From: an uncultured virus (IMG/VR IMGVR_UViG_3300025133_000070)
Taxonomy: Duplodnaviria; Heunggongvirae; Uroviricota; Caudoviricetes
Direction: 5' to 3' (one strand)
Virus record (IMG/VR): IMGVR_UViG_3300025133_000070
Length of the DNA stretch: 20,000 nt
A program made the position numbers and the translations under genes. The notes beneath the pieces were generated by a model. The model ran no database searches. It had not been told where the DNA came from and saw nothing but the letters and a program-made list of their open reading frames with translations. Below, piece by piece: positions 8,888 to 17,826 of the stretch (its first letter is position 1; each line of letters begins with the position of its first letter).

Positions 8888-11236
8888 TTAATTTATTCTC
8901 TTACAAGTGAATGTAGATCCCTCTCTCAAATTTGTAGTGGCATCAGCAGTAATCTGAATTCCAAGTTTATCCCCTGCCATTAAATACCCAATCCAATGAA
9001 GTCCAGCATCTGTTGGCTCCGCATTATTTCTCATTTGAAGAACTTTGGAAATTCGAGTAGTTTCTATACTCATGGCACTAGTTTGCAGTTGTTGTGTAAT
9101 TGTGGTTGGGTTATTCGATCCTGCGGGTAGATAAAAACTACCATAAAAAATAACTTCATAATACCCAGTAGCTGCTATTAATATATGCTCTGGATAAGTG
9201 GGAACCCAAGTAATAAGTTCTGGGGATAGTTCATAAGAGGTAGTTGCAGGAGAAGTCCCAGCGTCAGCAGCATTTCCACCAAAATAAAAGTCTGTTTGAT
9301 CCGCTGTAGACTGCTCGTTATTCGTTTGCCGAACATAAATCCAAGGAGCGGGAACGGGACAAGCACTTACTGTAATTGCAGATACTGTAGCAGCGGGAGC
9401 AGTACCTCCTAAAGACTTTGTACTTGATACATCACCCCAAGTAGCGGCATTATCCCAATTAGCGTAGCCTACTGCTGAAGGAAACAAGTCCGTACTATAT
9501 GCAGTGTCCCAGTTAGAGGCTCCAGCATCTACTGTAGTCTTTGTACTATCCCAACCAGCAAAACCAGGAGCGGAAGGAACTTGAGCATCTAGAGTGGCTG
9601 TACTAGCTTCAACCGAACCAGAAAATACATTCAAGGCATCAGTACTAGTATCAAGATCAACCACACTGGTCTCTACATTTCCTGAAAAAGTATCTACAAT
9701 ACCAGACAACCCAGCGGTACTAGTCTCCATATTACCTGAAAAGGTTTCAAAGGTACTAGATGCGTTTTCTAGGTCAGTAGAAGCATCAGTTACATAATCC
9801 CTAACCCTATTCCAATCACCAAATCCTACAGCAGAAGGAACTTGGCTTTCTACAGTAGTTACTCTAGAATCAATACTACCGATGTTTGTTGTGTTCGTAG
9901 TAATATCTCCATCAATAGTAACTACACTGGTCTCCACATTTCCTGAAAAAGTATCTACAATACTAGACAACCCAGCAGTACTAGTCTCCATATTACCAGA
10001 GAAGGTTTCAAAGGTACTAGATGCGTTTTCTAGGTCAGTAGAAGCATCAGTTACATAATCCGTTACTCTATTCCAATCACTAAATCCTACAGCAGAAGGA
10101 ACTTGACTCTCTACAGTAGTTACTCTAGAATCAATACTACCGATGTTTGTTGTGTTCGTAGTGATATTCCCATCAATAGTAACCACACTAGTATCGACTG
10201 AACCTGACCAAACATTCAAGGCATCAGTACTAGTGTCTAAGATAGCTGTACTACCATCTACAAGGGCAGACAACCCAGCAGTACTAGTCTCCATATTACC
10301 AGAGAAGGTTTCAAAGGTACTAGATGCGTTTTCTAGGTCAGTAGAAGCATCAGTTACATAAGCCGTTGTCCTATCCCAATCACTATAGCCTACAGCAGAA
10401 GGAACTTGGCTTTCTACAGTAGTTACTCTAGAATCAATACTACCGATGTTTGTTGTGTTCGTAGTGATATTCCCATCAATAGTAACCACACTAGTTTCCA
10501 CATTTCCTGAAAAAGCATCTACAATACTAGACAACCCAGCAGTACTAGTCTCCATATTACCAGAGAAGGTTTCAAAGGTTCCTGATGCGTTTACTAGGTC
10601 AGTAGAAGCATCAACAACAAACGAACTAACCTCTCCTATATATCCAGAACCGTCTGTAATATAGTTTAAAACTCTATCTCGGAGAGAGGATGTATCTCTA
10701 ACATTCTCAAAAGTATTCTCCCACGGACCAGACACAGCCGTATCAACATTAGCATCTCCTCCAGCAGTCCAAGCTCCAGAAGTAGCAGAAACAGTATCCC
10801 AAGCACATAATGAATAGTTATATGCTGAAACCCAAAAGCCTGATCCGTCCGTAGTACTACTAACAGTATCTAACGCAGCATTCCAATTCTCATACCCATC
10901 AGCGGAAACCCCTCCCCCAGTCCAAGTTCCAGAAGTAGCAGAAACAGTATCCCAAGCACATAATGAATAGTTATAGGAGGAAATCCAATAAGCTGATCCG
11001 TCTGTAGTAGAACTTACAACTCCAAAAGTATCCTCCCACCTACTACTAACGTCTGTAGATATTGCTCCTCCCTCCTCCCAAGTACCAGAAGAATCTTCTA
11101 CAGTGGTAACAACATCTCTAATATTTCTAGTGAGGACACTACTAGAAATAGTATCATCTGCTGTCATTGCCTTTAATCCAGTAGGTCTCCCTAATTCATC
11201 GGCATCTAATGCAACTAATCCTGAAAAGTCTGTCAC
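8888..11236 (-). CDS. Long fibre/spike protein: Trp repeats, coiled-coil repeats, C1q/TNF-like head (782 aa)
   Basis: GTG start with AGGAGG SD. Ser/Thr/Asp-rich, almost Lys-free shaft. C-terminal TGYYEV...YLMAGDKL...STFTCKRI resembles C1q/BclA-type trimeric jelly rolls. Confidence 0.7.
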   Translation of the reverse strand: MTDFSGLVALDADELGRPTGLKAMTADDTISSSVLTRNIRDVVTTVEDSSGTWEEGGAISTDVSSRWEDTFGVVSSTTDGSAYWISSYNYSLCAWDTVSATSGTWTGGGVSADGYENWNAALDTVSSTTDGSGFWVSAYNYSLCAWDTVSATSGAWTAGGDANVDTAVSGPWENTFENVRDTSSLRDRVLNYITDGSGYIGEVSSFVVDASTDLVNASGTFETFSGNMETSTAGLSSIVDAFSGNVETSVVTIDGNITTNTTNIGSIDSRVTTVESQVPSAVGYSDWDRTTAYVTDASTDLENASSTFETFSGNMETSTAGLSALVDGSTAILDTSTDALNVWSGSVDTSVVTIDGNITTNTTNIGSIDSRVTTVESQVPSAVGFSDWNRVTDYVTDASTDLENASSTFETFSGNMETSTAGLSSIVDTFSGNVETSVVTIDGDITTNTTNIGSIDSRVTTVESQVPSAVGFGDWNRVRDYVTDASTDLENASSTFETFSGNMETSTAGLSGIVDTFSGNVETSVVDLDTSTDALNVFSGSVEASTATLDAQVPSAPGFAGWDSTKTTVDAGASNWDTAYSTDLFPSAVGYANWDNAATWGDVSSTKSLGGTAPAATVSAITVSACPVPAPWIYVRQTNNEQSTADQTDFYFGGNAADAGTSPATTSYELSPELITWVPTYPEHILIAATGYYEVIFYGSFYLPAGSNNPTTITQQLQTSAMSIETTRISKVLQMRNNAEPTDAGLHWIGYLMAGDKLGIQITADATTNLREGSTFTCKRIN
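9620..10612 (-). repeat. About 4 tandem in-frame 261-bp (87-aa) repeats, one with a 42-bp insertion
   Basis: Marker GGTCAGTAGAAGCATCA at 9772, 10033, 10336, 10597 (spacings 261, 303, 261); near-identical DNA. Boundaries approximate. Confidence 0.95.
10765..11009 (-). repeat. Two in-frame repeats at 153-bp (51-aa) period
   Basis: AGAAGTAGCAGAAACAGTATCCCAAGCACATAATGAATAGTTATA at 10778 and 10931, encoding YNYSLCAWDTVSATS. Confidence 0.95.
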
Positions 11237-11253
11237 TTAAAAAAGCCTCCTGG

Positions 11254-11730
11254 CTACACTCCCGCATCATATATCAAATTATTAGTAGTTCTTATAGTAT
11301 TTAATGGGAATAGGTTTCCGTAGGTAATAGATAAATTAAGTTTAGCAGTATGACTACTCGTTGTTACTAGTCTTATTCCTGTTGCAACTTGTCCATTACT
11401 GCCGTGCCACTCACCTTCTCCCAGAGTTAAATAACCACAAGGAACTGCAAAACCACAAACACCACTTGCATTAGGAACATCTTTATCATCAGGTAGCGCA
11501 CTCAGAGAATTTAAAACTGCATTTCCTTCATGAGATACTCCACTCAATTCTACTAATACCATAGCATTTAAACCTGCGGTTATAGAGGTACTTTTTACTG
11601 AAAGATAGTTACACTTAATATCATTCCCCCCAGAATCCCTAAAAGGGATATCCGTAGTCGTTGTTACATCTGCGGCTCCTACCCCAGAAAGACCTAAACA
11701 AAAAGTTCTCTGTCCTGTTATAAGATCCAT
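11254..11730 (-). CDS. Hypothetical, probable virion protein (158 aa)
   Basis: AAGGAG SD and TAATG coupling to the upstream gene; Gly/Ser/Thr/Val-rich; sits between head genes and the fibre. Confidence 0.65.
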   Translation of the reverse strand: MDLITGQRTFCLGLSGVGAADVTTTTDIPFRDSGGNDIKCNYLSVKSTSITAGLNAMVLVELSGVSHEGNAVLNSLSALPDDKDVPNASGVCGFAVPCGYLTLGEGEWHGSNGQVATGIRLVTTSSHTAKLNLSITYGNLFPLNTIRTTNNLIYDAGV

Positions 11731-13346
11731 TATTCTTTCTCCTTATCATCATCACCAGCCATCCCAAGTTCAGTAGCTATATCAGCTACCATATTTTCAA
11801 GATTAGATAAATCATTAATAGCCTCATCCTCGGATTTTACCTCAGGGGCAACATGGGGAGCCTCCTCCTCTTCAGGGGCAGCACCTTCTTCTTCCCCACC
11901 AGGAACGGGTTCCTCCGCTGGAGGGGGAGGAACAGCAGCCTCAGGGGGTGCTTCAGGAGTCTCCTTAGCCGCTTTGTCTGCGAGTGCCTTATCATCCAAA
12001 GTCTCGTCGCTGGGGTATTCTTGATCTTTAACCGTAGTTTCAAGATTTTTTACTAAATCTTTAATATCGGTAAGCTCTTTACTGACTCGTTTGAAGTCCA
12101 CTTTTGTCGCAGGAGCCGAAGCAGCTTCCTCTAAAACCTCATCATACCCAGCCGCAACAAACATCTCTAAGAGGTAATCATTAACATCAATACACTCAAC
12201 ACCAGACTTAGTTTTCAGACCTTGTGCCATTTCAGAAAGAACTTCTTTAAGCACTGAACCCTTAGGAGATAGTCGGGAAAGTGCTTCAAAAATTACAACC
12301 TGAGTATTTGCCAAGCTCTTAAAGGATGCTGGGTTTTGGAGGTTCTGGATATTAACTCCATACTTTTCGTTAATATTTTGAATAAAAGCTTTCTTAACAT
12401 CTTTCTTATATTCAAAAATGCGAGATGCAAAGCCTTGAATGTCCTTATCAGAAACCCCAATACCGTCTGCATGGGAAAGACAATTAGAAAAAGTGTTAAA
12501 CAAACTCTTCTTAGAAGCTAAAGCAAGATAAGGAACTTCTTTAAGAGCTTCAGATAACGCCGCAACAACAGCCTCATCACCTTCAAAAATCATTCCTGTA
12601 AGTTTTTGAATTGAAGCATTATCAGCCCAAATCGTATCAAAACTTTTCTTAGATTCAATAAGCTCTCGTTTTACTAACTCTTGACGACAAACCATATCAT
12701 AAATAGAAGGAGTAACTCCGTCTTTAAGAATATATGATTGATTTTCTTCAAGTTCTTCTAAAGTTAGTTTTGGGAAGTTGAATGCCTGAGAAACTGCGTT
12801 AGAAAGATTTATTGCATTTCTAACTTCAGGAACTAAGGTAATTTTCTCAAAGTTTTCTTTTAAGAACTCTTGAAGTTGGGGAGAAACCTCAATAAGTTTT
12901 TGAAACTCAGAAGATTCGACAATCTTCTCAACAGCAGCTAATCTACTAGATTGCTCATAAAGTTTAGCTTGGACTGTTGATAGTTTAAGTCGATTCTCCC
13001 AAAGAGACAACACATCAGAAAAAGATTCATCAGCAGAAGAATACTCTCCATAATGGATTCCTTCAATGAAATTATGAATTTTCTCATTTACAAAGGAATC
13101 AAGCTGTTCTCCGTCTTCAAAAACAGAGGAATCTTGTACCTTGATAGAATCAAGGGTTACGTCCTGATCAGTGGAATACTCTCCACTAATAACTTTACCA
13201 CTCTCTGTGAGGTAGGAAACTTGTGAATTATTGCTATCAATAGCAAACAAGCTTACATTTTCTCTCAAAGATCTGGCTATGCAATCACCTAACTTAACGA
13301 GGTGAGTAATAGTTTTATCTCTTTCTTCAAATAGTTTCGAAAACAT
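11730..13346 (-). CDS. Acidic helical protein, candidate prohead core/scaffold (538 aa)
   Basis: Immediately downstream of the portal; GGAG SD; roughly 20 L/I-x-E tripeptides; Pro/Glu/Ala low-complexity C-terminal region. The ORF is secure, the function is inferred. Confidence 0.5.
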   Translation of the reverse strand: MFSKLFEERDKTITHLVKLGDCIARSLRENVSLFAIDSNNSQVSYLTESGKVISGEYSTDQDVTLDSIKVQDSSVFEDGEQLDSFVNEKIHNFIEGIHYGEYSSADESFSDVLSLWENRLKLSTVQAKLYEQSSRLAAVEKIVESSEFQKLIEVSPQLQEFLKENFEKITLVPEVRNAINLSNAVSQAFNFPKLTLEELEENQSYILKDGVTPSIYDMVCRQELVKRELIESKKSFDTIWADNASIQKLTGMIFEGDEAVVAALSEALKEVPYLALASKKSLFNTFSNCLSHADGIGVSDKDIQGFASRIFEYKKDVKKAFIQNINEKYGVNIQNLQNPASFKSLANTQVVIFEALSRLSPKGSVLKEVLSEMAQGLKTKSGVECIDVNDYLLEMFVAAGYDEVLEEAASAPATKVDFKRVSKELTDIKDLVKNLETTVKDQEYPSDETLDDKALADKAAKETPEAPPEAAVPPPPAEEPVPGGEEEGAAPEEEEAPHVAPEVKSEDEAINDLSNLENMVADIATELGMAGDDDKEKE

Positions 13347-13385
13347 TTTTAATCTCCATTTTTACGAACTCTAAACTTATATATG

Positions 13386-15164
13386 TTAGTTTTTAGTCGT
13401 TGGTTTCGCTTTTTCTTGTTGTTTTTTAATTATTCTAGAAATAACTTTCTTTTTGTCTTCTTCTAGAACTAAATCCCGTAAGGATTCCAACTCAGAACCC
13501 CCTTCCTCATTAGCTGTCGGAGGAGCATTCTCAGCAGGTTCTTGCCCACCAGCCTCTCCAGGCCCAGGAGCAGCGGCCTCTGCCTGTTCTTGTTGTTGCT
13601 CCATATCCTTCTTCTGATCTTCTTCAATTTCAGATTGCATTCTACGAATTTCTTCGTCTGTCATATCATAGAACTCTCTATAGATAGATTCTTTAGAGAA
13701 AAGAGCCAATCCTTGAACAGCTTGAATAACTCTTGTTTTTTGCTCATCAATATCAAGTTTTCTCTTAGCCGACATATCAGAAGGCTCAGGAAGAGAAATC
13801 TTTAGTTTTTTAATAAGAGAGGCAGGAAATCCTCGTAATTGTAAATGACGTTTTGCTAAACTCTCTAAACCAGCTTCAATGTCAATCTGAACTCTTTGAA
13901 TAGTTCTAGCAAATTTAACGTCAAGCTGGGAAAGGTTCGCTTTTCGTTCTGGGGACTTATCCTTCTCTACAAGGTAATCCTTAGGCACCTTCAAGGCAGC
14001 AAGAAGCTTATCCCTGTAATACCGAACGTCTTCAATCTCACCCAAGTTAGTCGCCCCAGGTAGTGTATCAATTTTAGTTCCCCTTCCGTTCTTTGTTGGA
14101 ACAAAGAAATCCTCATCCATAGACATGGGGTTGTACCGTGAATCAATGGTTCCTTTAGGAGAGTTATAATATTTCTCTTTCTTAAACTTCTGCTTCAGAC
14201 GCTCAATAAACATCTCAGCTTTGCTAGTGGGCAGGTTTCCTGTATCAACATAGAAAATGCGTCTTTCAGGAGCCCGTGAAAGTCTATAAATCATCATTGC
14301 GTCTTCCATCATCTTCAGAGAGCGGAATACACGATGACATAACGCAGCGATTGATTTACCGTAAGGGTAGAAGATTGGGTCGGAAGTATGAAGTCTGAAA
14401 TGGACAATTTGGTGTTTATCTAGTTCAATATACTTAACTGGTCTAGCCATTTCAGACTGACCCACTTCGGAATACTGAAGTGATTCTAAATTGGGAATTT
14501 CTTGTAAGAACTTCTTGAGATACCCATACTCATTCTCTACTCTAAGAATCCAATTGGGATTAAGAATTTTAAGTTTTTTAATACCCTCTTCTGGCTTTTT
14601 AACATCTAAAACTAGCTCAGTAAAACAGTCTCCATACTTAACAGTATTTCTGATAATATCCCAAAGAAATCTATGTAAATTAATTCTTTCAAAAAGTGTG
14701 GTAACTTCATCAACCACTAAATCATTTTCAGATTTAATAGTCCAACGCTCTGAACGGGTTCCTTTTTGAGAAGAATCATCAGCATAAATATCAAAGGCAG
14801 CACCGATCTCGGGATATTCATCCATCTCTTCATATTCTTTGTATCGTCTTCTACGGTTAAGTTCAAGCTGTGGTAGGATAGGGTTTCGTTGAATTCCTCC
14901 AACAGCGGGGGCACCATCAATCTCTTGATCCTTAATAACTTCCGTACTAATAACGGTGTCTCCTGTCTCAGGAAGCACCTTCCCCTTATCAATGGCTTTT
15001 TGTACCGTAACTTGAGCTTTGGTTGCAAAGAATTTAGCAAAAAAGCGACCTATAGGACCTGTAGGGGTATAAACTCCCCCCGCACGGTTCTGGGTCCCAC
15101 CAAAAGTAGTATAACCACTTTCATTTAATTCATCATTTACTTCATCATTTACTTCATCAGCCAT
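13386..15164 (-). CDS. Portal protein, T4 gp20 family
   Basis: EMDEYPEI..A.DI; MMEDAMMIYRLSRAPERRIFYVDTGNLP..KAE; MDEDFFVP...RGTKIDTLPGATNLGEIEDV.Y...KL..ALKVP; KFARTIQR. Confidence 0.95.
   Translation of the reverse strand: MADEVNDEVNDELNESGYTTFGGTQNRAGGVYTPTGPIGRFFAKFFATKAQVTVQKAIDKGKVLPETGDTVISTEVIKDQEIDGAPAVGGIQRNPILPQLELNRRRRYKEYEEMDEYPEIGAAFDIYADDSSQKGTRSERWTIKSENDLVVDEVTTLFERINLHRFLWDIIRNTVKYGDCFTELVLDVKKPEEGIKKLKILNPNWILRVENEYGYLKKFLQEIPNLESLQYSEVGQSEMARPVKYIELDKHQIVHFRLHTSDPIFYPYGKSIAALCHRVFRSLKMMEDAMMIYRLSRAPERRIFYVDTGNLPTSKAEMFIERLKQKFKKEKYYNSPKGTIDSRYNPMSMDEDFFVPTKNGRGTKIDTLPGATNLGEIEDVRYYRDKLLAALKVPKDYLVEKDKSPERKANLSQLDVKFARTIQRVQIDIEAGLESLAKRHLQLRGFPASLIKKLKISLPEPSDMSAKRKLDIDEQKTRVIQAVQGLALFSKESIYREFYDMTDEEIRRMQSEIEEDQKKDMEQQQEQAEAAAPGPGEAGGQEPAENAPPTANEEGGSELESLRDLVLEEDKKKVISRIIKKQQEKAKPTTKN
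15129..15159 (-). repeat. 12-bp tandem repeat encoding DEVN-DEVN-DELN at the portal N-terminus
   Basis: TTCATCATTTAC at 15129 and 15141 plus a partial copy at 15153; spans the terminase stop codon. Confidence 0.85.
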
Positions 15165-16693
15165 TTAAAATCTTCCTCACTCATTCCACCATAAGCAGTT
15201 TTGAAATTATGTTTATAATTTTTACTTGGCATAAGGGGTTTTTGTTCTTTCTCAATTTTTGATACAAACTCAATATGAGTAGTATCCAATAAGTTTTTAT
15301 AAGCATGAACGGCTAAGGCAAGGCTCATAACCAAATCATCATGATGATTCTTCTCAGCCTCTACTTTACCGTTCTCGTTTATAATAAATGTCATCAGTTC
15401 GTCGCAAGTCCGAGTCGAATTAATCTTGATTAAGTCGGTTCTGACCGCTTCTTCTAGTTCAGCTAGTATACTTTCTCTATTCTTCGCAGTTACCTGAAAG
15501 CCAATTTCATCCTTGTCATCAGCCCACAAGTTTTCGTACTCATAAATATTATAGAGCCAGTCGATTAAGTTATTTCCAATAGTATTCCGCTCACAGATTA
15601 TGTGCGCTACATTATATAGCATACCTTCATTAAATAAAATTTTAGCAAAGTCATTTATTGGGGTTCTATTGGAATAAAACTCGGCAACTTGTTGTCCGTT
15701 GTACATATTAATCACATGAAATGCCGAGTAATCTCGATCTCTCCCTAGAGAGGTATCACAAGAAATTAAATACTCATACTGGGGTTTTGCTTCTTGCCAA
15801 ACTCGCATTCTATTATTGTACTTCGTAAAGTATTCTTCGCTTGTTTGAGATGAAATTGCCTTTAGAACTTCTCCTTCAATGTAAGTATCTCCTGTTCCTA
15901 GGAAGGAGCATTCATATTCCTGAAGCCACTGCTTCATAGGCATATTAGCCTTAGTGGTTTCTTCCCACTTATGGATATCCAAACCCTTTTCTTCCATCGT
16001 CTCGTAGAGATGACTATAATTTTCATTATAATTATACTCAGGATGTTCTTGCCACCTAATATCAATAGGATTAAAAGAGTTATCTCCAGTTAGGGCTTTT
16101 TGATAAACATCATGAAACCAATTACCAATACCATTAACAGTAGAGAGAACGAAAGCACGACCTCCTGTGGAGATAATAGGATAGACAGCAGCCCAAATAG
16201 TGTCAATATTTTCAATAAAAGCAGCCTCATCAACTATGAGGAGAGATCCCGCCAAGGAACGTCCCGACTGCTTTCCTGAAGGACGAGATTTAATAGTAGA
16301 ACCTGTCATCAGTTTAAGCGTATGCTTATTATCTTCCTGAATTCCTGGCTTTAGGAAGGACGGAAGTTCATCATACATAAGTTTAATTCTATCTAAAACT
16401 TCTGTTGATTCTGCGTCACCCTTAGAAAGAATAACTACTTGCTTATGCTTCTGAAATATGATCATCCATAAAGAGTAAGCGGCTGCAATTGTAGTACATC
16501 CTGCTTGTCTAAATTTTCTTAGGATGTTAAACCGATTCCCTTCTAAATTTTCAAGGATTCTTTCTTGAAAAGGATACAGTTTAAAGGGAACCAGACCACG
16601 AACAGGGTGTGTAACTTTGATATAAGTTGAGATAAAATGCAGAGGATCTTTCGTACATCTCTTAAATTCTTCTAATAATCTTTGATTTTCCAT
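15149..16693 (-). CDS. terL: Terminase large subunit, T4 gp17-like
   Basis: HPVRGLVPFKLYPFQ; Walker A-like KFRQAGCTT; Walker B LLIVDEAAF; LSTVNG; QEYECSFLG; nuclease motifs CDTSLG...DYSA and HDDLVMSLALA. Confidence 0.95.
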   Translation of the reverse strand: MENQRLLEEFKRCTKDPLHFISTYIKVTHPVRGLVPFKLYPFQERILENLEGNRFNILRKFRQAGCTTIAAAYSLWMIIFQKHKQVVILSKGDAESTEVLDRIKLMYDELPSFLKPGIQEDNKHTLKLMTGSTIKSRPSGKQSGRSLAGSLLIVDEAAFIENIDTIWAAVYPIISTGGRAFVLSTVNGIGNWFHDVYQKALTGDNSFNPIDIRWQEHPEYNYNENYSHLYETMEEKGLDIHKWEETTKANMPMKQWLQEYECSFLGTGDTYIEGEVLKAISSQTSEEYFTKYNNRMRVWQEAKPQYEYLISCDTSLGRDRDYSAFHVINMYNGQQVAEFYSNRTPINDFAKILFNEGMLYNVAHIICERNTIGNNLIDWLYNIYEYENLWADDKDEIGFQVTAKNRESILAELEEAVRTDLIKINSTRTCDELMTFIINENGKVEAEKNHHDDLVMSLALAVHAYKNLLDTTHIEFVSKIEKEQKPLMPSKNYKHNFKTAYGGMSEEDFKWLMK

Positions 16694-16725
16694 AAAAATA
16701 GCTTCTGTTCCATATATTATAGTAT

Positions 16726-17418
16726 ATGAACATACACGCTATTATATGTACTAGAGATAGAAACAAGGTATCTCCAACTACGGACAAATTACTTAGTTTT
16801 TTGTGTATTGGTGGGGTTAAAGTATATTTACTATCTAATGCTCAATCATTATTCGCTGCTTATAATGGAGCCTTTCAGAAGATTGACCCAGACCCCGAAG
16901 ATATAATTATATTCTGTCACGATGATATAGAAATCAGAGAAAATCCAGAGCTTTTTCTCAACAAACTAAAGGAAGCATTAGCTCCAGACGAGGTTGGGTT
17001 CATTGGCCCAGCAGGAACTATGGAGTTAGGCCCCGATGCCGTCTGGTGGGATCAAACTAGGTGGCAATACGGTAAGCATCGAGGAGAAGTACTCCATCTA
17101 GACCCAGAAAAGAAAGAGTATATCACCCAATATGGCCCCCCAGGAGAAGTTGTGGTACTTGATGGGCTCTTCTTAGCAGCAAAGCGCAGAGTTTTAGATG
17201 AAGTAGGCTTAGAAAAGCCCGAATATTTTGAAGGAGAGTGGGATTTCTATGATATTCACTATACTTCCCAAGCTTTTCTTAAGGGGTTCACTAATAAAGT
17301 AGTAAATATGCGTATTTTACATAATTCTAGAGGTGAATTAGTGGGAAGAGACTCTTGGCATAAAAATAGGGAAGCATTTATCGCAAATAATGTCTTCCCT
17401 ATAGAAATAAAAGATTAA
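16726..17418 (+). CDS. GT-A fold glycosyltransferase (GT2-like)
   Basis: AAYN, IIFCHDD (DxD-type), GFIGPAG, VVVLDGLFLA, WDFYDI motifs. Confidence 0.85.
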   Translation: MNIHAIICTRDRNKVSPTTDKLLSFLCIGGVKVYLLSNAQSLFAAYNGAFQKIDPDPEDIIIFCHDDIEIRENPELFLNKLKEALAPDEVGFIGPAGTMELGPDAVWWDQTRWQYGKHRGEVLHLDPEKKEYITQYGPPGEVVVLDGLFLAAKRRVLDEVGLEKPEYFEGEWDFYDIHYTSQAFLKGFTNKVVNMRILHNSRGELVGRDSWHKNREAFIANNVFPIEIKD

Positions 17419-17453
17419 AAAAGCAAAACTCTCCACCATTACTGATGGAGAGT
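17417..17453 (-). terminator. Intrinsic terminator
   Basis: Minus strand ACTCTCCATCA-GTAA-TGGTGGAGAGT (11-bp stem with one G-U, GNRA loop) then TTTGCTTTTTT; lies between convergent genes. Confidence 0.8.
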
Positions 17454-17507
17454 AGGTGCGAAGTCCCAAACCGCAGAAAGGCGTAGGGCACCGTCTCTGC
17501 TGTTGGT

Positions 17508-17693
17508 CTATTTCTTCTTGCTGGTCTTCTTCCGAGCAGGTTTTTTGATAGTTGGAGCAGGAGCAGGAGCTTCGGGAGTCTCAACAGTAGCCCTTGAACC
17601 CACCAGCCTATCTAATTTCCTTTGGAGAACCTTACGGTGTCCACCTTTCGCTCTAGCAAGTCTCGCTCTAAGTTTTTCTTCGTTTCTATCCAT
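17508..17693 (-). CDS. Small basic protein with Pro/Ala/Lys tail (61 aa)
   Basis: AAGGA SD; ends PAPAPTIKKPARKKTSKKK; followed by a hairpin and terminator. Confidence 0.65.
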   Translation of the reverse strand: MDRNEEKLRARLARAKGGHRKVLQRKLDRLVGSRATVETPEAPAPAPTIKKPARKKTSKKK

Positions 17694-17826
17694 TATTAAA
17701 TTTCCTTCCGTGTTTTCTTTTTGATTCTAGTCTGAAGAAGTTCTTTAACTTCTTTTGTATTAGTCCTAGCTTCTCAAAGTATCTAGGTCCTTTGTTGTTG
17801 TACCTCTTATTCTTTTTATTTGTCAT
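17686..17826 (-). CDS. Unlisted small basic protein (46 aa)
   Basis: MTNKKNKRYNNKGPRYFEKLGLIQKKLKNFFRLESKRKHGRKFNNG; below the ORF-track cutoff; overlaps both neighbours (11 and 8 nt) and fills the gap exactly. Confidence 0.55.
   Translation of the reverse strand: MTNKKNKRYNNKGPRYFEKLGLIQKKLKNFFRLESKRKHGRKFNNG

Noticed and set aside
9594..10664. Three similar plus-strand ORFs (9594, 10143, 10446)
   Set aside because: Antisense shadows of the fibre repeats; their similarity just reflects the DNA repeat.
9620..11009. Diversity-generating retroelement template/variable repeats
   Set aside because: Repeats are tandem, in-frame and in the shaft rather than the C-terminal tip, and there is no reverse transcriptase in the window.
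13386..16693. Introns or inteins in terminase or portal
   Set aside because: Both ORFs are continuous, of ordinary length, with normally spaced motifs and no homing endonuclease or intein motifs.
17428..17506. Hammerhead, HDV/theta ribozyme or c-di-GMP-I riboswitch
   Set aside because: CTGATGGA is not the CUGANGA core and lies in the terminator stem; the HDV P3/L3/J4-2 elements and the riboswitch GGGACGCAAAG segment could not be fitted.
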